The position numbers and the translations under genes were made by a program. Under the pieces are notes generated by a model that saw only the letters and a list, made by a program, of their open reading frames with translations, was not told where the DNA came from and did not search any database. From contig JABJEE010000129.1 of assembly GCA_018665005.1 (NCBI GenBank), forward strand, positions 1 through 28,888: a DNA stretch of 28,888 nt, given 5' to 3'. Shown one piece after another: positions 18,108-25,128 of this stretch. Every line of letters begins with the position of its first letter. Positions within the stretch are counted from its first letter, which is position 1. The DNA comes from Flavobacteriales bacterium (GTDB lineage Bacteria > Bacteroidota > Bacteroidia > Flavobacteriales_D > Crocinitomicaceae).

Positions 18108-19193
18108 ATGAAATATTTAATTTTTACTTTTCTAATTGGTCTAGTTTCATGCGGAGAATCAATAGATACAGATGTATTCATTGAACGTGAGACAATAATT
18201 AACGACGTAGTCATAAGTGGAAAAATCAAAAACGGTGCAGGCTTAGAGATTTCTCTTGAGGCTCCTCTTCTTCAATCAAGAGGAACAAAAGTGCAGGTTG
18301 TAAAGGGAATAATTGATAAAGATGACTCATTTAAACTCAATACTCAAGTACCAGGACTTGGTTACTATCTATTAAAGTTAAATTCAAAAGAATCAGATAC
18401 CCTCGAATTGACATTGAATAATGGAGATCAGCTTAGCTTAAATACCTCGGTAGCTGAATTTACTTCGAAACCAAATTTTTCAGGAGTATCTTGGGCTGAG
18501 GACGCAAACAATTACCAAGAAATATTAAATGCTCCCCTTTCAAAAGAAAACCTTTCATCTTATGCCTCTAAGCGCATGAAGGAAAACGCAATAAATCCGT
18601 TTAACATTATTCATTCCATGCACCTTATGAATGATAAGGATGACTATAATGAAGCTCGAATTCAAATATTTTTTGAGGTAGCCAATGCTTTTTATTCCAA
18701 CTATCCTGGAAGTGAACCTGCCAATAACTTCCAAAAGCAAACTGTTTTTCTCAGGAAATACATGGAGAACAATGCCTTTTATGATGTACCTGAGATTTCG
18801 TTAAACACACCTAATAATCAAATTCTCAATCTCTCAGATTTAAAAGGAAAATATGTTTTGGTTGATTTTTGGGCTTCTTGGTGCGGTCCTTGTAGGAAAG
18901 AAAATCCAAACGTGGTTAAATTGTATAAAAAATACCGAAAAAAGAATTTTACTGTTTACTCCGTCTCATTGGATGAGGATGGCACAAAATGGAAGCAAGC
19001 TATTAAAAAGGATAATCTGATTTGGCCCAATCATGTCAGTGACTTAAAAGGTTGGAACTCCTCAGTTGTTCCAACATTCAATATTCAGGGAATTCCATAT
19101 ACTATTTTGGTAAATCCGGATGGGAAAATTATCGGTGTAAACCTCAGGGGACAAGAGCTTGAAAATAAGCTCGAAGAAATATTTAAATCTTAA
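18108..19193 (+). CDS. TlpA-family thiol-disulfide oxidoreductase, lipoprotein
   Basis: Lipobox LVSC; C-terminal thioredoxin domain DLKGKYVLVDFWASWCGPCRKENP. Confidence 0.9.
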   Translation: MKYLIFTFLIGLVSCGESIDTDVFIERETIINDVVISGKIKNGAGLEISLEAPLLQSRGTKVQVVKGIIDKDDSFKLNTQVPGLGYYLLKLNSKESDTLELTLNNGDQLSLNTSVAEFTSKPNFSGVSWAEDANNYQEILNAPLSKENLSSYASKRMKENAINPFNIIHSMHLMNDKDDYNEARIQIFFEVANAFYSNYPGSEPANNFQKQTVFLRKYMENNAFYDVPEISLNTPNNQILNLSDLKGKYVLVDFWASWCGPCRKENPNVVKLYKKYRKKNFTVYSVSLDEDGTKWKQAIKKDNLIWPNHVSDLKGWNSSVVPTFNIQGIPYTILVNPDGKIIGVNLRGQELENKLEEIFKS

Positions 19194-19195
19194 TT

Positions 19196-20305
19196 ATGAA
19201 ATGTATAACTGTCTTTTTCATTGTTTTATTTTTGAATGCCAATGCGCAAAAAGCGGAGCTCACTCTTTCCGGATCTATTTTTAATTCTCCAACAGATAGC
19301 TTGTATATCGCACAGCTTTTTAACCAAGGAGAATACAAATATTATGACACCATAATTTTGGATGAAAAGGGGAACTTTAGTACCAGCATCACTCTCCCAA
19401 AACAAGATTATTACATTGCAAAAATTGGCACTTCTGAATTGCATTTGGTCGTGAGAGAAAAAAATGACATCAAAATTTATGGTGATGGACGTAAACTGAA
19501 TGAATTTTGTAATATTTTAGGATCTGAAGAGTCAAATGCCATGAATAAATTTGATAAAACTGTCAAAAAATGGCAAGCCAAAAATGATTCTGCAATGATT
19601 GTCATTTCTAAGGATAAGGAAAAAGAAAAGGAGATTAATGATTATATGGCTAAAGAGTATTACAATTTCCAAAATAAACTTAAATCCTTCGTGGGATCCA
19701 ATCAAAATTCAGCGGCATTAATTATGGCACTTGGATCAGTGAATATGGAACAAGAAACTGATTCGTACGAAGCCATAATAAATCAAATCAATAAATCTTT
19801 CCCCAAAAGTGTTACCGTTAAAGAATATGTCAAGCAATTCGAAGCTTACAAAGAAAAGAAAGAAGAAGATTTGCCTTTAGCAATCGGGAAGGTTGCACCA
19901 GATTTTGAAGAACTAGGAGTAGATCAAAAATCAAAAATAAAACTTTCTGACCTTCGAGGCCAAGTTGTTTTAATCGACTTTTGGGCATCATGGTGTGGTC
20001 CTTGCCGACGTGAAAATCCAAATGTGGTGAAAACGTATGAAAAATATAAAAAAGATGGTTTCACCGTAATGAGTGTTTCTCTGGATAAAGACCTGAAAAA
20101 ATGGAAAGAAGCTATTTCCGCAGATCAGCTTTCTTGGCCTAATCATGTTAGTGATTTAGGAGGTTGGCAAAGCAAAGTATCACGCTTGTATCAAGTAGGT
20201 AGTGTACCCTTCACTATTTTATTAAATAAAAAAGGTGAAATCATTAAAAAGAATCTAAGAGGACCAGCACTCGAAGCTGAATTAGAAAAAATATTTGGTC
20301 ATTGA
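19196..20305 (+). CDS. TlpA-family thiol-disulfide oxidoreductase (DUF4369-like N-terminus)
   Basis: Signal peptide ending ANA|Q; GKVAPDF, DLRGQVVLIDFWASWCGPCRRENP. Confidence 0.9.
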   Translation: MKCITVFFIVLFLNANAQKAELTLSGSIFNSPTDSLYIAQLFNQGEYKYYDTIILDEKGNFSTSITLPKQDYYIAKIGTSELHLVVREKNDIKIYGDGRKLNEFCNILGSEESNAMNKFDKTVKKWQAKNDSAMIVISKDKEKEKEINDYMAKEYYNFQNKLKSFVGSNQNSAALIMALGSVNMEQETDSYEAIINQINKSFPKSVTVKEYVKQFEAYKEKKEEDLPLAIGKVAPDFEELGVDQKSKIKLSDLRGQVVLIDFWASWCGPCRRENPNVVKTYEKYKKDGFTVMSVSLDKDLKKWKEAISADQLSWPNHVSDLGGWQSKVSRLYQVGSVPFTILLNKKGEIIKKNLRGPALEAELEKIFGH

Positions 20306-21099
20306 AACTAATTGAACTAAATAGCAATAAAAAAGTCTATTTCGCCTCTGACTTTCATTTGGGAGCACCCAATCACGATGAGAGCAGAAAGAGAGAAAGA
20401 AAAATTATTGATTGGTTAAACTATATTCAAAAAGATGCAGAGGTTTTGTTTCTTGTGGGAGATATTTTTGATTTCTGGTATGAATATAGAAAAGTAGTTC
20501 CAAAAGGATTTGTTAGAATACAAGCCAAAATAGCCGATATGGTTGATGCTGGGATCAAGGTTTATTTTTTTCTTGGCAATCACGATATGTGGATGAAAAA
20601 GTATTTCACAGAAGAACTCGGTGTAATTATGATTGAAAATGAGCTTGAAATAAAGATCAACGACAAGTCTTTTTACATTTCTCATGGAGATGGTCTTGGT
20701 CCAGGAGATTATGGATACAAGTTCATTAAAAAGGTATTTAGAAATAAAATATGCCAGTTCTTATTTTCAATGGTTCATCCGTCTTTATCATTATCAGTTG
20801 CTAATTATTTCTCAAAAAGAAGCCGCTCATATACCGGTAAAAATGACGAAACCTTTACCAAAAAGGAAAATGAATGGCTCTATCAATTTTGCACAGAAAA
20901 ATTAAAGATTAAGCACCATGATTATTTTATTTTTGGGCATCGCCATCTTCCCATGGAAATATCAATTGATAAATCCCAATATATAAACCTGGGTGAATGG
21001 ATGAATTTTCAGTCTTTTGCTTCTTTTGACGGTGTGAAAACAGGGTTGTCAGTGTGGAACAATGAAAGTGTTGACGATTTTAACGGCATTAAATTATAA
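20302..21099 (+). CDS. lpxH: UDP-2,3-diacylglucosamine diphosphatase (metallophosphoesterase)
   Basis: SDFHLG, GDIFDFW, GNHD, HGDG, FGHRH, NLGEW; TTG start overlaps the upstream TGA. Confidence 0.88.
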   Translation: MKLIELNSNKKVYFASDFHLGAPNHDESRKRERKIIDWLNYIQKDAEVLFLVGDIFDFWYEYRKVVPKGFVRIQAKIADMVDAGIKVYFFLGNHDMWMKKYFTEELGVIMIENELEIKINDKSFYISHGDGLGPGDYGYKFIKKVFRNKICQFLFSMVHPSLSLSVANYFSKRSRSYTGKNDETFTKKENEWLYQFCTEKLKIKHHDYFIFGHRHLPMEISIDKSQYINLGEWMNFQSFASFDGVKTGLSVWNNESVDDFNGIKL

Positions 21100-21521
21100 T
21101 GACAATAACCGTTCCTGATATTGATTGTTTAGAACATGTAATAAGTGAGCACCGTGATTTTTTTAGCCATCATAAATGCTATGCTTTCAATGGAGAAATG
21201 GGTGTTGGAAAAACCACTCTAATTCAAAAAATACTTCAAATGTATGGAGTGAAAAAACTTCAAGGTTCTCCAACTTATTCAATAATCAATGAATACCAAT
21301 CGAATCAAGGTATTGATCTATATCATCTTGATTGTTATCGAATAAAGAATGATCAAGAAGCATTTGAACTCGGTTTAGAAGAATTATTGAACAAAAAAAA
21401 TCCTATCTTTATAGAGTGGCCAGAAAAAGTAAGTACTTTTCTTCCTCCAGATACCATTTGGTTGCGACTTAATGTTTCTGAAAATCATATTAGAACTATC
21501 GAAATAGCTGATGAATACTGA
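21099..21521 (+). CDS. tsaE: tRNA threonylcarbamoyladenosine biosynthesis ATPase
   Basis: GEMGVGKTT, SPTYSIINEY, YHLDCYR, IEWPE. Confidence 0.95.
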   Translation: MTITVPDIDCLEHVISEHRDFFSHHKCYAFNGEMGVGKTTLIQKILQMYGVKKLQGSPTYSIINEYQSNQGIDLYHLDCYRIKNDQEAFELGLEELLNKKNPIFIEWPEKVSTFLPPDTIWLRLNVSENHIRTIEIADEY

Positions 21522-22731
21522 TCCAGAACTTCTCAAAAAATTAATTCAAAAAGGCAGTTTTCTTCCCAAAGAAGAAATGCTGGAAGTTGAACGAAAAAAA
21601 GGCAGTCTATTCATAGGCATACCGAAAGAAACCTCTTTTCAAGAACGTCGCGTTGCGCTTGTTCCCGAAACCGTTTCTTTACTCGTTGCACATGGCCATG
21701 AGGTCAAAGTTGAATCAAAAGCGGGGGAAGGTGCTAACTTTAGTGATAACGACTACAGTGAAGCCGGAGCCCAAATTTGTAAAAGCCGCAAAGAAATTTA
21801 TGAATGTAATATTGTTTTCAAGGTAACTCCCCCATCAGACGATGAAGTGGATTTAATGCCTGGAAATCAAACCTTTATTTCTGCACTACAGATTTCAATT
21901 CAACCAAAACAGGTTTTAACGAAACTGATAAAGAAAAAAATCACAGCCATTGCCTGGGATTATATTCAAGACGAAGAAGGCGTTTTCTCTGTGGTGCGAA
22001 CTGTCGGAGAAATAGCAGGAAATACATCCATATTAATTGCAGGTGAATTGATTTCTTCATTTTCTTCTGGTAAAGGGATGATGTTAGGAGGTATAGCAGG
22101 CGTTCAGCCCACTGAGGTTGTTATTATAGGGGCTGGCACCGTCGGTGAATTTGCGACAAGAGCAGCTTTAGGGCTCGGAGCCTCGGTAAAAGTTTTTGAC
22201 AATCGGCTCTCAAAATTACGTCGATTACAAAATGATATTGGACAGCGCGTATACACCTCTATTATTCAACCAAAAGTTCTTGCAAAGGCCATAAGAAGAG
22301 CTGACATTGTCATTGGAGCCTTGAGATCTTCAGTTGGAAAAACCCCTTGTGTAGTTACGGAATTAATGATTCAAGAAATGAAATCTGGATCTGTGATTGT
22401 TGATGTTAGCATTGACCAAGGTGGGTGTTTTGAAACCTCTAGAATTACCAATCATGATGACCCGACCTTTGTTAAACATGGAGTAACACATTATTGCGTT
22501 CCAAATATTGCCTCACGTGTCTCGAGAACGGCATCATTTGCCATTTCCAACATATTTTCGCCACTACTCCTAGAAATGGGTGAACGGGGAGGAGTTGTTG
22601 ATCTCATTCGATCTCATTCTGGTTTTAGAAATGGCGTATACATCTACAAAGGAATATTGACCAATGAAGTACTTGGTAAAGTTTTTAACTTAAACTATAA
22701 GGACATCAACCTTATTCTTCCTGGAATATAA
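21511..22731 (+). CDS. ald: Alanine dehydrogenase/PNT-family NAD-binding protein (Ald-like; catalytic Lys and His substituted)
   Basis: GIPKE...ERRVA, IGAGTVG (GxGxxG), VDVSIDQGGCFETS, HYCVPN; ~30-aa N-terminal extension. The family is secure but the activity is uncertain (see findings). Confidence 0.8.
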   Translation: MNTDPELLKKLIQKGSFLPKEEMLEVERKKGSLFIGIPKETSFQERRVALVPETVSLLVAHGHEVKVESKAGEGANFSDNDYSEAGAQICKSRKEIYECNIVFKVTPPSDDEVDLMPGNQTFISALQISIQPKQVLTKLIKKKITAIAWDYIQDEEGVFSVVRTVGEIAGNTSILIAGELISSFSSGKGMMLGGIAGVQPTEVVIIGAGTVGEFATRAALGLGASVKVFDNRLSKLRRLQNDIGQRVYTSIIQPKVLAKAIRRADIVIGALRSSVGKTPCVVTELMIQEMKSGSVIVDVSIDQGGCFETSRITNHDDPTFVKHGVTHYCVPNIASRVSRTASFAISNIFSPLLLEMGERGGVVDLIRSHSGFRNGVYIYKGILTNEVLGKVFNLNYKDINLILPGI

Positions 22732-23192
22732 TGTATCCCATAGTCGCGTTAAACCTTCCCAAAACTGAACTCCAGATTAAGAAGAAAGGTGAACAGCTTT
22801 ATGTAAACTGTTTAATTCGCAAAAAACCCATTATTCTTACTCCTGAAGAATGGGTTAGACAGCATTTTATTGCATTCTTTATTAACGAACTTGGCTATCC
22901 TAAAGGCTTAATGAGTGTAGAAAAAAAAATCAAATATGGAGATCTAGACAAAAGATGGGATTTGGCTGTATTTAATACCAATCAAGATTGTTTTCTATTG
23001 ATGGAGTGTAAAGCTCCAAATATTAAAATCACAAAAGGAGTATTTGAGCAATCATTGCTGTATTACAAAAAGCTTCAAGCTGATTACCTCGTGATGAGCA
23101 ATGGATTGAATCATGTAATTATGAAAAAAAACAAGTCCTCCAATCAATTTGAGAAAATCGATATTTTTCCTGATTATATCAGTTCTGAATAA
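22731..23192 (+). CDS. Stand-alone type I restriction HsdR N-terminal-domain (HSDR_N_2-like) PD-(D/E)xK protein
   Basis: LTPEEWVRQ, D-x-ExK (RWDLAV...LMECKAP), Q...Y, SNG. Confidence 0.85.
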   Translation: MYPIVALNLPKTELQIKKKGEQLYVNCLIRKKPIILTPEEWVRQHFIAFFINELGYPKGLMSVEKKIKYGDLDKRWDLAVFNTNQDCFLLMECKAPNIKITKGVFEQSLLYYKKLQADYLVMSNGLNHVIMKKNKSSNQFEKIDIFPDYISSE

Positions 23193-23730
23193 AATTATAA
23201 TCTCCAGACTTCATTTTATGATATTCACGAACTAAGAATGCGATTTGCATTCTCATTGCGTCAAATGCCACTTCGGTTTCAGCGGTGATTTCCTTACCTC
23301 TTATTCTAAGCTGAAGTTTCATATACATGGCATGTAATATCACTTCGATATCATGATTTTCCTTTAGTTCTGATTTAGATCTATATTCTGGAATATATCC
23401 AGATGCTGCTTCACAAAGAGTTTTGTATTTACTTTCTTTATCCATGGTGTGCAATGTATTGTGCAAAAACACCAACTCTCGAAATACTTCCATTACCCGA
23501 TCAATATGTCCTTTTTTATCAAGCTTGGCAGCCTTCATCTCGTTTATGATTTCCCCATACCAATTTCGATATTGCCCCTCAAAAGACCGATCTGGTAAAT
23601 TGGGTAGAACAAATACTTCCATGAGCTTATCCAGATCGAATTCAAATGACCTAATAATATCCTCTAACTGAAAAAGATATAAAATGTATTCAGCAATATT
23701 CTCTTGCTCTTTTTTTTTAGCAATTAGCAT
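23179..23730 (-). CDS. DUF4924 family protein
   Basis: N-terminal IAKKK..ENIAEYILYLFQLEDIIR and GHI motifs, recognised from Bacteroidota DUF4924. Confidence 0.75.
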   Translation of the reverse strand: MLIAKKKEQENIAEYILYLFQLEDIIRSFEFDLDKLMEVFVLPNLPDRSFEGQYRNWYGEIINEMKAAKLDKKGHIDRVMEVFRELVFLHNTLHTMDKESKYKTLCEAASGYIPEYRSKSELKENHDIEVILHAMYMKLQLRIRGKEITAETEVAFDAMRMQIAFLVREYHKMKSGDYNFIQN

Positions 23731-23732
23731 AA

Positions 23733-24323
23733 CTATAAATCTTCTTCAAGCTTTTTTTGCTCCGAGTTTAAAAAATCAATAAACGAACCGCTTACATTCA
23801 TTTTAGGGTGAATATAATTGATTTGCTGCCCCGATGAATAGCCCATTAGAATGTCTATTCCGTGCTTTTCAGAAAACATCTTTCCAAACGCCTCGAGTTT
23901 TTTATTAATCTCTTCAAGTTTCTTCAGCATATCTCCCTCCAGTTTAGCTCCTTCTCTTTGTTGATATTGAACAATCGCTTGTTCCATTTCACCCGCTTTT
24001 TGCTGGACCTTCATCATTTCATTTTCAGAAAGTAAGCCTGCCTGAATATCCTTTTGCTTCTTGGTCACATAATTTTGATATTTCTGGGTTTTGCTTTGAA
24101 TTTGACTTTGATATGAAGCTTGCTTTGCGGTTAAACTCGCTTCGGCTTTTCGATAATATTCAAATCCAGTTTTGATACTATCATTATAATAAAACGCCAT
24201 AATAAAGCCTGTTGAATCCTGTGAGACCAAGTTGACTTGTTTCTCGACTACCTTTTGTTTTTCATTAGAATCCCCGCAAGACACCATTAATGATACGAGA
24301 AAAATAAATGCTATTTTATTCAT
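23733..24323 (-). CDS. OmpH/Skp-family outer-membrane chaperone-like protein, probable lipoprotein
   Basis: Lipobox MVSC, Gln-rich coiled coil, C-terminal GIDILMGY...INY.HP..NVS. Confidence 0.7.
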   Translation of the reverse strand: MNKIAFIFLVSLMVSCGDSNEKQKVVEKQVNLVSQDSTGFIMAFYYNDSIKTGFEYYRKAEASLTAKQASYQSQIQSKTQKYQNYVTKKQKDIQAGLLSENEMMKVQQKAGEMEQAIVQYQQREGAKLEGDMLKKLEEINKKLEAFGKMFSEKHGIDILMGYSSGQQINYIHPKMNVSGSFIDFLNSEQKKLEEDL

Positions 24324-24564
24324 TTTTATACTTATTATATTCATTTATAAAATCACTCCTCATGGAAACAAACCGCGTTAGGCATGAATGCAAAAATTTC
24401 GAATTCACAAGATTATCAAAAAAATTTAAACTATCTATCAGATTTTCATCAATTTTATACGTCTGAGCATACTGATCAAGACTTATTTTCAATAGGTATT
24501 TCTGGTTGTATTGATGAATTTCAATTAAAAACCTTTCGTGAGGTATTTTTTTTATTAGCCGCAT
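24316..24564 (-). CDS. Conserved hypothetical small protein
   Basis: 82-aa ORF (MRLIKKIPHERF..IHQYNQKYLLKI.L..Y.QTYK) filling the gap in a co-oriented run, with its own -7 box. Confidence 0.65.
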   Translation of the reverse strand: MRLIKKIPHERFLIEIHQYNQKYLLKISLDQYAQTYKIDENLIDSLNFFDNLVNSKFLHSCLTRFVSMRSDFINEYNKYKNE

Positions 24565-24574
24565 ATTTCGGTAA

Positions 24575-24582
24575 CAAAATTA
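24575..24582 (-). promoter_or_regulatory. Bacteroidota -7 box (TAATTTTG) overlapping the upstream stop codon
   Basis: Exact TAnnTTTG match, 10 nt before ATG 24564. Confidence 0.45.
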
Positions 24583-24963
24583 CACGAATTCTTTAACTAA
24601 TTTCATTTGAAAGTTGAAACCACTTTGTTTGGACAATTCAAAACCGATCTCCCTCATATAAATATCTGTCTCATTGTAATGCCATCCAATGTATAAGTCA
24701 GATTCAGAGCTACTTATTGAAGCAATCAAAATCAAAAACTTATTTAACTCCTTTAGAGAAGCAGAATTTAAATAATCAATTTGAAGATTTACGATGGTTT
24801 TAGATGGCTTATTCGATTTAAATTCTTCTATCCATTGATTAATTTGCATCCAAAACTCAGCATTCTGGTCTAGGATGATTTTCCCAGACATTTGAATATC
24901 TCCGTTATTTTTAAAGTGCACAAGGGGTGAAGTGGCAGATGCGGTGATAAATAAGTCGTTCAT
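24580..24963 (-). CDS. DUF1987 / SiaC-family regulatory protein
   Basis: MNDLFITASATSPLVHF, EFW..I..WI, IDYLNSASLK, WHYNETD..MRE.G; ~127 aa. ATG 24963 preferred. Confidence 0.82.
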   Translation of the reverse strand: MNDLFITASATSPLVHFKNNGDIQMSGKIILDQNAEFWMQINQWIEEFKSNKPSKTIVNLQIDYLNSASLKELNKFLILIASISSSESDLYIGWHYNETDIYMREIGFELSKQSGFNFQMKLVKEFV

Positions 24964-25047
24964 TTGATAGTTTGAGTGCTGCAATTTACTTATTTTAAAT
25001 TATATATGCTGAATTATGTCTCTTCTATTGCATTCTTGTTGAACTTT

Positions 25048-25066
25048 ATTTAGAATCATTCTAAAA
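25048..25066. promoter_or_regulatory. Fur-box-like palindrome (TTTAGAA-N3-TTCTAAA)
   Basis: ATTTAGAATCATTCTAAAA, a perfect 7-3-7 inverted repeat at 25049-25065, upstream of a FecA-like TonB receptor. Confidence 0.7.
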
Positions 25067-25128
25067 TACCATAAAAAAGGTATTGTGTAAACTGAACATC
25101 TTTATCAATTTTGTAAAAAAAATATAAA

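Noticed and set aside
22731-23192. Type I restriction-modification system
   Set aside because: Only the HsdR N-terminal domain is present; no motor domain, HsdM or HsdS.
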